From Lytechinus pictus (taxonomy: Eukaryota): 64,000 nt of DNA. Location: positions 11,906,001-11,970,000 of the forward strand of contig NC_087250.1 of assembly GCF_037042905.1 (NCBI RefSeq), given 5' to 3'. Positions 1 to 14,197 of the stretch are shown here, in pieces (position 1 is the stretch's first letter; every line of letters starts with the position of its first letter). The notes under the pieces were generated by a model. The model saw only the letters and a program-made list of their open reading frames with translations, searched no databases and had not been told where the DNA came from. Made by a program: the position numbers and the translations under genes.

Positions 1-89
1 TTATTGTAGATGGTAGATCATTATATTCTCGTGATCCTCTATATAAGAACGTTCTTCGACAGCTTTTACTCTTGGGTTTGGGAATTTTA

Positions 90-1974
90 ATATTTCCTTG
101 CGATCGGAGAGAATACGAATAATTACAATATTGGAAAGACTCTTCTAAGTAATTCACATACCTTGTTCAACATGGAGCTTAAATATCAAGTTTGGAATTA
201 AATAAACAAAACATATTTCTCCTCGGAAACCGAACTTTCATTAATTTGTGTGATTTACAAATTGATTTTTTAACAGTGCTCTGTAAAAATGTCAGTTTTA
301 TGGTTTGAATATATACATTTTCTGCTCGCGCTGCGCGCTCGCGAATTTTTATTTATCAGGTACCTATTATTTTCATGTATTCCATAAAGTTTTTAAAATA
401 TCCCTTTTCAGGTCTGATTGCCAAAACGTATCTGCTAGCGCTGCCATGCTTGCATTTTGATTGGCTGGTTATGATGTATCAATATTGATTATGTAACAAA
501 CTACTTAAAATCCCCTTTTCATGACAGTTTATCAAAAATTTCGGCTCGCGATTTGCGCTCGCATTAATGGTTAAAAATATATCAACTGATTACTCATGCA
601 TCCTATTCATAATAAAAAAAGTGCTTGAAATGTACAGTGTTTAGGCCATAATATCATCAGATTCCGCGCCCTCATTATGCATTGATAAATAAAATATCAA
701 TTTAATCATTAAATTGTCCCTTTTGTTTAATCTCGCGCTTAGCAAGATGAATAGGAAGATATATAGTCATCATATTCATATGATAACATGTCCTAAGGAT
801 GTCACGGTCCTATGTCTCAAACTCAAAGTAATAATGAAATATATCAGCTCTTTATTAAGTGCGATTTATATCCACCTTACAATTTTCCTACAAAGTGTTT
901 GAAATATAAAGCTGAAATTGACCCCCTTTTTCAGATCGGAATATCAAATATTTTAAGCTCGCGCTTCACGCGCGCTTTAATTTTCATGATAAAAGATGCA
1001 TTCAAAAATCTGAAACACTACACGCGCGCGCATGGTCATTCAGTTATCCAATTTCAGATCACAATGTCAAACATTTTCTGATCGCCCTTTGTGCTCGAAT
1101 TATTAATGTAGGAAGATCCCCCCTTTCTCATCCCTTTCATGATTTACAAAACATGAATAGTGTCCCGTTCTAGGTCTAAATCTCGAATCTTTCCGCTCGC
1201 GCCTCGCGCTCGCATTATTTTATTGTTGAAATATGTAACGTCTTCATGGCTAAGTGCAAGCAGTCCTCAAAAGGCACTTTTCGATAAGTTTAAAACGTAT
1301 GCAAATATTTTCTGCTCGCGCTTTGCGCTCGCATTATTAATGTAGGAAGATCCCCCTTACTCATCCTTTTCATGATTTACAAAACATGAATAGAGTGTCC
1401 CGTACTAGGTCTAAAACTATAATTTTTCCGCTCGCGCTTCGCGCTCGCGTCAATTGTTTAGTTATAAAGCTATCCTGTTCATGATTACGAATATTGATTA
1501 AAATGTTCCTTTCTTTATGTAGAAATGTCAATTTTTTCAGCTCGCGCTTCGCGCTCGCATTATTCGATTGATGAAATATGTAACGTCTTCATGGCTAGCT
1601 GCAAGCAGTCCTTAACAGGTAGGCCTACCTTTCCGATCAGTTCAAAACGTGTATCAAAAATTTCTGCTCGCGCTTCGAGTTCGTAGTTATTATTGCAGGC
1701 ACATCTTTTTTTCAGAATGTTCAAATTTTAGGAAAAAATACATACAATTTCAAAAAAAGTTTGCTCGCGCTTCACGCTCGCATTATAAAATAAGGATTAT
1801 GATATTATATATTTATCTTGATTTAAAGAATAAAGCTAAGAAGTGACTTGTAGGACTACCCCCTTCAAAGGAACAAACAAAAATTCATCTTCGAGCGGCC
1901 GATCGGGGAAAATATGGCTGCAAAAAAAAAATCCGGGCCCCCCCCCCTATTGGCGAAGGCTTGATCCTCCCCTG
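90..1974. mobile_element. Non-autonomous DNA element with internal CTCGCGCTTCGCGCTCGC sub-repeats (copy 1)
   Basis: Many CTCGCGCT(T/G)CGCGCTCGC motifs; ends ...GATCCTCCCCTG; collinear with 17697-22095. Confidence 0.7.
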
Positions 1975-2286
1975 TATAATGACCTGAAAATTTTATTGTT
2001 AGTGTCAAAATATTTTAGGGAGCTAACCATGACTAGACGAGAAGAAATAAAAAAAAAATTGAAGAGTTAAAATTCTGTTTTTGAGTACTTTACAGCTTGA
2101 GTAAGATGCTTATGACAGCATTTACTATACATTTGTTTTCAGTTTTCAAAATTTCGGGGGGGGGGACGATCATAACATGGAAGGGGGATGACTGCATGTA
2201 GTCTGCAGGCACAGACCCTGATAGAAACTCTTATTACAAAATGCAGGTGGGTATTATAAAGAACTAGCTCTTTCAATTTCAGTACA

Positions 2287-2600
2287 CAGGCAGTAGCGTA
2301 CCTAGGATTTTCCACAGGGGGGGGGGGCAAAACCGTCCGCCAAAAAAATTGACAAGCAAAAAAAAAAAAGGTCTTCAACCACAAATATAGGATTTCGAAC
2401 CAGAAAAAAAATTGAAAAGCCAAAAAAAAAAAAAAAGGCTTCAAAAAAAATTGACAAGCCAAAAAAAAAAAGGTCTTCAACCACAAATATAGGATTTCTA
2501 ACCAGAAAAAAAATTGACAAGCAAAAAAAAAAACAAAAAAAAAACAAAAAGTTTTCAAGCTCGTCAGGGGGGGGAGGGGGCAAAAAGGTCTTCTTCTTAT
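2287..2600. repeat. MITE-like element with A-rich internal tandem repeats
   Basis: Starts CAGGCAGTAGCGTACCTAGG + G-run; repeated AAAAAAATTGACAAGC and GGTCTTCAACCACAAATATAGGATTTC units. Confidence 0.55.
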
Positions 2601-2761
2601 TTGCTTCATTTTTGGGGTAAATATTTTTGTATTTTGTTATTGATATGATTGATATGAAATGAAAATTTGTCAATTTTGCTTGTATTTAACCTGGGTTAAA
2701 TTCAATGAAAACCTTAATAAAAACATGTTGAAGAAGGTGCATGCGCGCACGTACTTCTCCC

Positions 2762-2789
<28 letters not shown>

Positions 2790-2792
<3 letters not shown>

Positions 2793-3013
2793 AACGAGTA
2801 GAAATTAGTGTAACTTCATGCAATACAGATCTGTTAATCCGCCGAACTGTAAACAATGGACCTTATAAACCTCTGTAATCAATTGTTTATTGGCAAGCAA
2901 GCTCCTTGGTATTGTATTGCTCCTTTGTACCTGTAGAGTTAGAGCAGCGTTCTTGCTGATCCTACGAAACAGATCTGTAGTGCATGAAGTTACACTAATT
3001 TCTACTTGTTTAT
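2790..3013. mobile_element. MITE in a (TA)n tract
   Basis: About 45-bp TIRs AGTAGAAATTAGTGTAACTTCATGCA.TACAGATCTG and its reverse complement, flanked by TA repeats. Confidence 0.7.
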
Positions 3014-3128
3014 ATATATATATTGTTTATTGCTCCTATATAGTCGAGCACTCTTTATATATATATAATATATATATATATATACATATATACCTAATAA
3101 AGAATATCCTCAATTTTACTTCAATTAC

Positions 3129-3234
3129 CATACTATAATCTCCAACAAAGGCAAATGCGTCAAACTTAAATCCTTCTCGATCCGTTTTGTCCGGAAACAA
3201 GACTTGAACCGTTTCATCCACATTAGAAGGGCAT
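3129..3234 (-). CDS. ZP-domain protein gene, ZP-C exon (gene probably continues beyond window start)
   Basis: CAG acceptor, GTAATT donor. AG+A completes Arg, then CPSNVDETVQVLFPDKTDREGFKFDAFAFVGDYSM (ZP-C CP..D.T and F.F.AF.F motifs). 106 bp, phase 2 to 0. Confidence 0.85.
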
Positions 3235-6200
3235 CTGTTGAATGAACAAAAAAAGGTTATGTTTTAATTTTATTTTTTCCATTCAATTATTATTCATTAT
3301 AAATAAGGGTAAAGCATGATTAGCAACAGCTGTTCAAAGGACAAGTCCACCCCAACAAAAAGTTGATATGAATAAAAAGAGAAAACACCAACAAGCAGAA
3401 CACTGAAAATTTCATCAAAATCGGATGTAACATAAGAAAGTTATAACATTTTGGAATTTCGTTTAATTTCATAAAACAGTTATTTTTCACATAATATTTA
3501 ATCAACAGCATTGGTAGCCGTATAAACTAAATATTGATGACTTTTTTTGTTCGGTCCCATGACAATCGACAATAGAAAAAAAAAAACTTCCAAAGAGTGC
3601 CAGAAGCTAGAATTATGTAGTATTCGTAAATCAAATAAAAAAGTAGCGGAATTGACATTTCCAGTCAATACTTTTGTGTAGAAACTTTGTTCCGAGAGTG
3701 AGATTTACTTTCAAGAAAACCCCAAATTCAATGATAAACTAACAAAATAATACGTATTAAGTTGAGATACAGATTTATCAAGTACTGAAGATAAGATAAA
3801 ATAGTAGGGGAAAATAGGCAGAGATATAGGAGCATGAAAAGAGAGGTCTTGACATGTTATTATAATACTCCATATTATTTTATTGAGAACTAAAATGACG
3901 TAATCATTTTATCCACGCTTCCCGCCCCCCCCCCCCCCACCCCCATGAAAACACCCTGGCGGTCCCAAACTGAATAGTAAGATTAATAGTTCTAGTATAA
4001 ATGTAAGTTTTACATAATGTTAATATAGCGGGGTGGAAAATAGAGAATTGTTTGTTTTGGTAAAATGTTCGTTTGCCTTCTTCTTGCACTGTTTACATTC
4101 CATAATGTGTAGATTTCAGTTCTGGGTCAAGCTGGCGTTTGAAATGTAGAAGTGAAAGATAAAAGAATGCAAACTGGCTTGGTCAATTATTGTTAGGCTG
4201 TCTGGGATTAAGAATGAGTATTTTCGGGGCTCGATGGATTTGGAAGAGTGGAGTTGAATACTGAATAAGATTTTATGGGCAGTCCAGCTGAACTATAATA
4301 TTTTCCTATTCTGCTTCTGATTTCCTGTTCTCCGGCTAGCTTGCATTCTTCAGCGACTAGAGAGAGAGACCGAATGAACAGGTGATGGGAGAGATAACTG
4401 AGTTGTAAGATACGAGAGTCGTAAAACGAGAGAATTGAGTGAGAGAGTGGATGAGAGAGCTGTAGTGGGAGTGGTTAAAATGTGAGAGTCGCCGAGGGGG
4501 AAAAGTTGATCGAGAGAGCAGTTGGGGAGCGGTGAAGAGAGAGTTTCATAAGAGGGAAGAATAATGGAAAGCCGAGGAACCTGGATTTGGAATCAGAATG
4601 CGCACATTGATTAGTTCCGTTTTATACAATAATACTATGGGCGGTTTCATTTGGCGCATTGCACCAAAAGTGATAGGACCGATTTGGGGAAGGGTCTTCT
4701 CGCCATATAGTGTTTGAGCCAGAAAGTATGAAAAGGGCGTGTGCTAGGTCGGGCGGGGTAATTCTCTCCGTTCACGATTTGTTTTGCTGCCGTAGGCCAT
4801 GTCGGTTTAGTCGTCTACTCCAGAGATGCGACGTTATCATACTATACCAGCTTGTTGATTTGACATTGATTATAAATAAATACATTATGTACAACTTTAC
4901 TTCATCTCGTCGTTCGAACTTGTCATTTGAGACCTTTCGTTTTCTGTGACGAGCCATGTGGACGTACGAGATTAAGGAATTTTGGGAGCGCTGCGCATGC
5001 GCGAAGTAATCTGTGACGAGCCTTCTCGTTCACTGCCCAAATCTGTGACTCGTATTTGAGGGTTTTGACGTTCGGTGTCATAGTGCTCGAACGAGTGCTA
5101 GTTCGTACATGATGACGTTATCCAAGCTTAGCAAAAATGAATGAAGCCGCATCAACATTCGAGTTTCGTTGATTCAGCAGGGCTGGTAAACTGCAAATTA
5201 CTGCTTGTTACCAGCTTTTCCATTACATTTAGTGTGTCCTGTTTTCAGACACTACATATCCGATAGGTAATTGATGTTCTATTTCCAAGCAACTGTGTTT
5301 TTTTCCGGCTTTTTGCGCAAGAGTGCAAATGTTGCACCCACAGTCGCCCCACTGGTTCGTAGCGTGATGCTACGCCTGATTCTCCGGCTGAGCATCGGCC
5401 CACGGCCCGCTCGCTATCACGCTTGTATATGCTGTGGCCTGGTACGGGTACGTCGACTTAAATCGAAACTGTTTTCATCAATGTACGAACGTGATACTGA
5501 ACGAGCGGTGTCACCACTTCCGGTGAACTAGGATTACGTTGCAGTCACAGACAATCGAAAGCTCTATTTCTTGACCCCGTCTTTCTTTATACGTGGCAGC
5601 GCAAGATGGTGGGTGGCCACCGGCCTTCTCGCTACATTCCCGAACTTTCGCTGGAGAACGCGAACGTTTATTTACGACGGTAGTTGATTTTGGAAGAGAC
5701 TTTTGAGCTTGTCGTCATGGTCGGAAAAACTCTGTCCTGCAATGCAGATTGTGTGGCAAGAGATTTTTTTTCGTTTCGCATCTGCAACGGAAACATTCAA
5801 TATGCGTTTCGTGTGCAAAATTATGGTTGCTACTATGGTAAAAGCGATATATCCGATTTAGGACGACTTTCCAGAGCCACATTTGGTTCCTCCCAGAGCT
5901 CGAGAGGCCGCCCGGGGGCGCACTTTTCATTGGCGAGTAGATACCAGGCGCGACCACGCGTAAAAGGGGACAGAGTGGGCAAGTACGCTACGTATAGGCC
6001 TATGTAACGTTATTAGGGTGTCAAAAACGATGTTTAAAATACTGAAAAAGGGATATATTTCCAATACTTGTAGGGTTTCACAAGCCAAATACTTGTTAAG
6101 AGATGCATTTTCATAATCTGGAAAAGACTTGCTTCCCTTGTTTAGGGTGCTTTTTGAAACCCCATGGTCGTGCCTGGTATCCACTCATCAATTGAAGTTG

Positions 6201-7649
6201 TCCCCCCCCCCCCGGGAATTTGAATCTAATCCCACATTTCTGGGGAAAGTAAAACATAATGCCCATTACATTGTGTGCTAGAGGCATACGTTTGTGTAGA
6301 AGGAGTAAACAAAAGAAAAAAAACCCGCAAATTCGGCTGGTGTTCAGACGTATATGCCTATTGCATATGCTGTGCAAATATCAGCGCATGCGAAATGGCT
6401 TCGGCTGGAGAGGTGATCTGACCCATTGAATCAATTGCCGGTGATCCACCAATAATCCACATTAAATGCAATATCGATTCGATGGACTGTAATGATCTAT
6501 GTCTAAGCCTTAATTCAGTAAGTTTTTCCTCACTCAATATGTACTCGATTTGTTTGAAAAAACAATTTCTTATCCATGTCATAATCTATTGTGGGCCCTG
6601 CATTTCGAATATCTCCAGCCAGCTGTCATAGAAGAGGCTCGCCGCCGGCTCCGGGGGGGGGGGGGCATATACGATGATGACCAGACGTACATGCATGAAA
6701 ATGGGATTTAATCTCGCAGCATGGTGCGGGTGTCGCGTGAAAGAATTTTGCAGACGAAAAGCAGATCTATAGGGCCTGCCTGTATCACAAAGCTTAGCAA
6801 TGAATGTAGAACAGCTTTCTATGATTGATTCCATTGATGACAATGTACAATTAATCGTGAAAATCGAATGCACGATTAATCGCTAATGTCTGTGTCAGGG
6901 ACGTGATGTTACCGTCCCTGAGGTTTGCGAAAGGTGGCTAATTAGTAGAGTAAAATGGCCTTTAAAACGAACAAACTGAAGCTTTCCAATATGTACTCAT
7001 CGGAGTATTAAAACTCGCATGAATGAGCAGAACGCTATATAAAGCGAGGCGATATATGATAGATCCGAAAGAGACAATGGGCACTTTTCACGCGTGAATC
7101 TTGAATCATTCTTTTGACGATTGCAATTCGTCTTTAGAATCATCGGACCTTTCACACGCTTCACTCGAACTGTGATCTGAATTCGAATTCCTGAGCGAAG
7201 GCGGTATGTGTCCTTGGTGACTTGTCAATCAAAGCACTGCATCGATACGATGAGTGCATGACAATCGCATTATATGCGGAAGTGCTTGAAAGGACAAGTA
7301 CCCTCCCCCCCCCCCCCCCAAAAAAAAGGGAGATGTATTTGAGTTATTTCAAACGTAAAATTCGTACCGTAATTTGAATGAAATTCACCTCAGGAGTAGA
7401 ATTTGAATTCGTGATTGTGATTGGCGTTCGTGATTCTAGTTTGGTTTCACACGTGCTAAGGATTCGTCATTAGGTTTATTTTTTTTAATGGAATCATCAT
7501 TCAAAGTACAATTTTTTTAACCGTGTGAAAGGGCGGTCTGGACGCTAAACAACGAGATGTGATTGGCTGTTATAAAGGTAAACAATGTAGGCAATGTGAA
7601 TTATAATAATGTTAATAATAATGTCAATGAAAACGATGATGAGGTTTAG

Positions 7650-10313
7650 CGACGGATGGTCTATTATCACTTGGTCTAATCATCAGATGGGCTAACAAAA
7701 TTCGGGCTAAACCCACTTAGTCCAATTCTCTTTTGGTCTAATGACCACTTGGTCTAATAGCCAATTAGTCTAATGACCACTTGGTCTAATAGCCAATTGG
7801 TCTAATGACCCCTTGGTCTAATAGCCGCTTGGTCTAATGCCAAGTTGGGCTAATCGTCACTTGGTCTAATTCTCATTAGGTCTAATTGCCATTTCGTCTA
7901 ATGTATTTTATTGTCACTTGGTCTAATTGCTTTTGGTCTAATACCAGTTCGTCTAATAGTCGGATGGTCTAATACTTTTTGGTCTAATACCAGTTGGTCT
8001 AATCCTCACTTGGTCCATTATTCATTTGGTCTATATTGCAGTTGGTCGAATGTGCAGTTGGTCTAATTTCCATTTCGGCCAATTTCCACTTTGTCTAATG
8101 TCCAGATAGTCTAACATTCATTTCGTCTACATGCCATTTGGTCTAATTTGTAAAGTCTGCATGGTGACTTGTTTTCAATTTTATGGTGAAATTTTTAAAG
8201 TTACTTTCCGCGCGCCGGCTTCGAATCTTCACACGCGCGCCCCTCGATATTGGAGTACAGTTAGAGTGACGTATATTTCGTCCTCTACTGAATTTTGAAA
8301 ATATGGGGATTTTCTAAAGCCTTTGGGGACGAAAAAAATATGGGGATTAAACAAACTTTGGGGATTCTTTTGTCTGTTTCAGGGGAGTTTTGAAGGTTTT
8401 GGTGAAAAACAATCAAATTTGCTATTTTTCTGTAAAATAACGCTAATATAAAGGTGGATAAAAATATGTATTTATCCACCTCTATGTATACGATCTACTG
8501 TAGATAGTTAAGGCTGGCTTAACCCAATCATGGCTCCCAACTTTTCAAGAAAACAAAAATTCCTGATTTTTCTCTGATGAAGTTAAAAAATTCCCGAATT
8601 ATTTAAACCCATTCCCAGTTTCTCATGTTTTCTAAGTTGTTGCAGTGAATTACATGTATTATCATTTTTTTAGTTATGAATGTATAATGTACCAGTAGGC
8701 CTATACTTATATTGGAGTAAAAGAGGCTACACTAAAAAAAAAACCATAACATGTCATTCAATGAATGCTGTTTTAATATACAACAAAATATAACAGAGTC
8801 TGAATGAATATCGTGCTTTCGACTTTTGGGCCGATCAAAATTCCCTGATTTTGCCCTCGATTGAGGCATTTCCCCCGGATTTGAGGCAATCCCTGACTGG
8901 AGAAACGTTTAGAAAATCCCTGATTTCCTTGATTTCCCTGATTGGGTGAGAACCTTGCCAATCCATTTAAAGGAGTAGGCGAAGAAGTAGAACAAAAAAC
9001 AGAATGAGAAGATATATAAGATGAATGACTACTGTGGTGATAACTGATAAAGGTCTGCAAGCGTAGACTATACTGTGTTATTATACGTCAGAGTGATATG
9101 GCTGCTACCAAGATGGTCGCAGTGATGTTGTTGCAGCTAACCCGACAGACCTGTATAGTGTTATCAAACTATATCTAACTGGCCTTTTATTTGCCTCCAA
9201 ACTAACTATTGAAATAACTAAACAAAATATTCATAACAAAATTACATGATCTAATGGCTTTGTAGTTTTTGAATCCCCCAAACTGCATAACTAGGCCATC
9301 AAGTTCAAGTATTGTCCGTAATGATGCATCACAATGATTTAAAAGAGGCATAAACATGTTTACCAAATACGTATCCACACAATCAATTACATTATATTTT
9401 CGTTCCTGTCCTCATAATAATTTTATTCTGATGAAACCCCGCCATTCGACCATTATAAGCTACAAGGTCCCCAACTTATTGTTGTGTAAATGTGCATGCG
9501 GTGATGTAATGATTATGAGTATGATTTCATTCATCTTATAATCGATATACAGGCCTAATTATAATAATTATTTGATTAGAATAATTCATTTGATGAGCGA
9601 CTATCTCATCATCGATAGTCCTTCACGGTGAGGTGTTGCGCCCACCAGCCCTACCCCGGCTCTACCCCTCCGGATCCTGGCGATATGTATTAACTGATGC
9701 ATGGTATTTATCCATTACGTTCCATATTTGCTAATTCTAGATAAAATAAATAATAATGAATGATGCTATATTAGAATAAATGGACATTAGACCAAGTGAC
9801 GATTAGCCCAACTGGTCATAAGACCAATCGGCGATTAGACAAAGTGGTCATTAGACTATTTGGCTATTAGACCAAGTGGTCATTAGACCAATTGGATATT
9901 AGACCAAGTGGAAATTAGAACAAACGGTCATTAGACCATGTGGCAATTAGACAAAATGATAGTTAGACCAAGTGAAAATTAGCCGAAGTGGAAATTAGAC
10001 CAAGTGGTGTAACCAAGTGGTGTTAGACCAACTGGAAATTAGACTAAATAGATTTAGCCCAACTGCTCATTAGACGAATTGGGTATTAGACCAAGTGGGA
10101 ATTAGACGAATTGGATATTAGACCAAGTGGAAATTAGCCCAAGTGGTTATTAGCCAAAATGGAAATTAGACGAATTAGATTTTTTTTTAAATAGACCAAG
10201 TGGGAATTAGACGAATTGGATATTAGACGAACTGGTTGTAGACGAAATGAGTTTAGACTATGTGAAGTTGGACGAACTGATAAGTAGACCATGTGGTATT
10301 AGACCATCCGATA
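7650..10313. mobile_element. Foldback-like element with inverted arrays of about 20-bp TTGGTCTAAT repeats
   Basis: Array 7652-8150 (TTGGTCTAAT) is mirrored by 9783-10313 (ATTAGACCAA); outer ends CGGATGGTCTA / TAGACCATCCG are complementary. Confidence 0.65.
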
Positions 10314-10379
10314 ATTCACCGATAATGATGAAGCAATATGAATAAAAATCAAGCTATAAGCTTGTTAAGAGTAGGACTG

Positions 10380-11160
10380 TGCCGGCCGCCATCAAACGAT
10401 TTAGGTCGAAAAATGCACTCGTTTGATCAAAGGCTGTCGAGCCGGCATGGGTCGGTCGCCCGCCGCCTGCTATCCGCTCATAAATAGGCCGGTGGCCGGT
10501 GGGAGACCTCCCGAGAATCGGTGGGTCTTCAGCCAAACAAAAAAGTTCCCCGATTTGACCAACATTTGGGTTTGAGTAATGGGTATTCAACAGTGGACTG
10601 CTCGGCCACCGATAAGTCTTTTTACAGCCCACTCGACTTCTACAAAAATCGTTGGGCGATGCCTTAAAAGTAGCAGGCTACTGATCGGTCGGTCGCCGCT
10701 CTGAGTTGTGACTAAAGACCACAAGACTTATCGGTGTCCCAGCAGTGCCAAGTCCGATACCCATTACTCAAAGCCAAATCTGGGCTAAAATTGGGGGAAC
10801 TTTTCTCCTTTGGCTTCCGAGCAGTGATCGGCTGAAGATCCACCGATTCTCGGGCGGTCTCAACCCGGCCACCGGCCATTTTTAAGTAATCGCCCGGCCG
10901 ATCTTGAATTCGCCGCGAGATCATCGACCGAATTCTGAACGGCCGGCGACCGGCCAGTGGCCGCTCGACAGCCTTTGATCAACGAGCTCAACTTTTAACC
11001 TAATTCGTTCGACGGCGACCGCTCGATTACGTCGGTGCCCGGACGGCGACCACCCGGGCACCAAGCCTATTTAGGGTGGTCGCTCAGTGCCCGGGCGACA
11101 TTGCCTAAAAACTCGCGGCCCGCTCGCCGAGCAGGCTAATTTTAGTGGTTGTGACCATAG
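10380..11160. mobile_element. GC-rich palindromic MITE
   Basis: Inverted segments such as TTGATCAAAGGCTGTCGAGC (about 10423) and GCTCGACAGCCTTTGATCAA (about 10963); no credible ORF. Confidence 0.55.
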
Positions 11161-11438
11161 AAATAAAGGTTGTGTCCCTAGCCTAATAGAGCCTCTTGAC
11201 TACCTGTTAGCGCGTTGTTAGCGATAAACAGGTTTTTGTGCGGTCAGTAAAGATTTATTTGTTATATAGGGTTTTTCTTGTGTTTCTCAGTGTTTTATAG
11301 ATTTTTTTCCGGGGAAAGGTGGTCATTACTGTCATTTCTAATCTTGTTATCTATTCTCCAAGGATAGATTGCCCATGTTTCACGGCCAGGATATGATCTT
11401 CAGTAATATCCTAGCTACATATAAAATTGTATACTAAC

Positions 11439-11836
11439 CTGTCAGTAAACAAATCATGTCGTGGAGTAGAATCATGGTCTGGGTCGGCTGTCGCCCAGCA
11501 TCGCTTAATGAACATACCAACCTCTCCTACCGAGTCAAGTTGGACTTGAAAGTAGAGCGCCTGGCTTTGCCAGACTTCAGCGTTGTCATCTTCGGGTTCA
11601 TCAAATGACTTGGTCTTGAACCTTGTCATGTACAGCTGGAACTGACCGGAACCCTTGTCGCTAAACTTTATTTCACCGAGCGTTGGTTTGAAAGACTGCC
11701 CAACCTGCGATGTCTTATCAAGACAGCACGAAACCTCAAGCTGCTTCTGATATTCACGGGTGATATCAGTACCAGGAAGAGACCTAGGCTTGTAATAAGT
11801 GATGACATTCGAGAATATAATGGTTGTGTCATTTTC
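11439..11836 (-). CDS. ZP-domain protein gene, exon encoding end of ZP-N, linker and start of ZP-C
   Basis: TTAG acceptor, GTTAGT donor, 398 bp open. Encodes ENDTTIIFSNVITYYKP...LEVSCCLDK...GSGQFQLYM...LYFQVQL...FIKRCWATADP...DLFTD; CWAT is the ZP-C hallmark. Phase 0 to 2. Confidence 0.9.
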
Positions 11837-12322
11837 CTAAGGGGAAAGTGGAAAAGTTGACGTGGAATCAAAAAACTGTTATAAAAGAATACAAACATCT
11901 ACCATAAAACCACAACCTTAAAAAATAACGACGACAACAAAATGGCTTGGGTATGATTATTTTGACAATAGTTATAATCGATCCGTTAGTTCGAGCATTG
12001 AACGCATGAACTTCATTCCTCATAAGTCAACGGGTCTTCCACTTTGCCGATGTTGCTACGATTCGACAAACCTTTAGAACGGGTAGGATCGGGGGAAAAT
12101 GAACCGTTTAATAGCGGGAGTAATCAACAATTTTTTTGCGGTATTAAAAATTGTCCAAGCGAACGGGGAATTAATTACGTTAGTGTGCCGCTGTTAGTAT
12201 GCCAGGAAAGGCCAGATTTTGCTCAACCCACGACTGTGCGCCGTGTCATCTACGCATTTCTCGCTTCCCCCACGTTTCAAAATGGTCGTTTTCTGATCAA
12301 GAGATCGGCATGAAATCTTTAA

Positions 12323-12891
12323 AGGGAAATCCAACCCAAATAAAGCTTGTTTTTATAAGGAAAAGGAAAATCAGACAAGTTGATAGGTGAAAGTTTGAAC
12401 AATATTGGACAAATAACAAGAAAGTTCTGAATTTTTAAAAGTTGTAAATATTGGTAATCACTATACCCATGGAGACTTCAAATTGGCCGCACATGGGATG
12501 TCATCGTGATGTAAGACAAGGACTACTCCTCCATGTACGCCAATACATATTATGGCTAAAATGTCATTTTCCCCAAAAGTTTTATTTCAAATTATATTTT
12601 TATTTCATGAGGACATAAAAAACTGGATTGTATTTAGATTACTGCCCCCAGGGGAATGGGTACTTAGGAGAAAACCACAAATCCCTGATAATAAAGTACA
12701 TGGCCTATGGGAAAGTTGTTCTTGCCCCTTGTTGCCAATTTGAAATCTACATAGTATTAGTGATCTCAATTTTAAAGCAGCTATAACTTCCTTATTGCTT
12801 GTTCGATTTTTTTTTCAAACGTTTACCATTCTGTTTAATTTATATTTCTCCTTCCCAACACAACATTTTATGGCCAAGGCTGGATTCCCCT
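12323..12891. mobile_element. Kolobok/T2-like MITE
   Basis: TTAA|AGGGAAATCCA ... TGGATTCCCCT|TTAA, with long imperfect TIRs. Confidence 0.75.
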
Positions 12892-14021
12892 TTAACATGT
12901 TCAAAATTTGTAGCCGGTCAGAATATTAGGCCCGCTGTTACCCCGTCGTCACAACGTTGTTATTACGCTGAACGCGATTAAAACCGATTCCTTTCCCGCT
13001 CTCCGTCGAACTAATGTTCGGGATGGATGGGGGTTTCAGGTCGTGATAGTGGAATGGCAAATGATGTGTTTGTGAATGATTGAGCCTTTTCAATATCTAT
13101 CAGCATGTAAATTTTCACGTTCATCGGACTTTGCGTCTCCGATGTCAGCAAGCAAAGCACAGAAAATTTCATCAAAATCGGATGTAAAATAAGAAAGTTA
13201 CTACAATTCAAAGTTTCGCTTAAATTCACAAAATAGCTATATGCACTTTCTGGTCGGTATGCAAATAAAGAGGATGCTGACGTCATCCACTCACTATTTC
13301 TTTTGTATTTTATTATATAAAATATTCTAATTTTCTCCTCATTTTTTAGTAAAACAACGATTAATTTCTCCCTGAACATGTGGAATTAGCATTATTTAAA
13401 ACTATCATGACTATATGGTTTAGTCAAGTTGGTCCTTATCGTCAATTCTGTAAAATATCAAATATTGTAGAATTTAATCAATAAAAAACAAAAGAAATAG
13501 TGAGTGAGGGACATCATCGTCTGTCTCATTTGTATGTCATTGAGTTGTGCATATCACTTTTTTGTGACAAATAAACGAATCTTTAAAATGTCACAACTTT
13601 CTGATTTTAAATCCGAATTTGATGAAATTTTCAGTGCTAGTTTGATTTTTCCCTTTTTATTCAAATCAACATTTTCTGGAGTAAACTTTACCTTTAAGCA
13701 CAGATGGGGGCTTGGGAGCCATGCCTACCCCCCCCCCCCCCCAAAAAAAAAATGTCACCAAGTAGACAGGGAGAGAAAGGAAAGAAACAAAAGGAAGCAG
13801 AACAGTGAAGTGTAAATTGGTATAATATTATTTGTATATTACGTAAAAATATATCCTAAAATTATATTCTTTATTTGACGAGATAATCTTTCTGCTAGCT
13901 CGCTCGCCTGTTTGAATAACTTTGACTCCATACGCCATGTCTGACCCCTTCATATTGTTTAACCATTACATTACTGCACCCCCCCCCCCCCCTCCAAAAA
14001 TAGGAGGGGACAGGAATTTAC

Positions 14022-14197
14022 CGTTCTGGTGGTACCACATTCATTATAGGTCGTATTCAGAGTCATATAAGTAGGAGTAAAGGCGGCACATGGGCAGGAA
14101 AGGTCACGAAAATGGACATCTTCCGGGTCAGTGCCCTGAAGGAGATCTGTATATATGATGACGGTCATCGAGTCACTTTCACACGCTACTGATGTAA
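14022..14197 (-). CDS. ZP-domain protein gene, exon encoding first part of ZP-N
   Basis: Polypyrimidine tract + CAG acceptor, GTAAAT donor. Encodes (V)TSVACESDSMTVIIYTDLLQGTDPEDVHFRDLSCPCAAFTPTYMTLNTTYNECGTTRT, with the ZP-N C..SMTV and ECGT motifs. 176 bp, phase 1 to 0. Confidence 0.88.

Noticed and set aside
2139..2673. Phe-rich 156-aa and 123-aa ORFs, or a further ZP exon
   Set aside because: Poly-T translations of an A-rich repeat; no ZP-C cysteine motif or convincing splice sites.
4090..5900. Purine-rich then GC-rich stretch with TCTGTGAC repeats and a TGCGCATGCGC motif
   Set aside because: Could be a TE or promoter remnant, but I could not define ends, a TSD or a credible ORF.
7652..8150. 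Constant-core array resembling CRISPR
   Set aside because: Period of about 20 bp is too short, linkers are related, and the array is mirrored as a TE arm.
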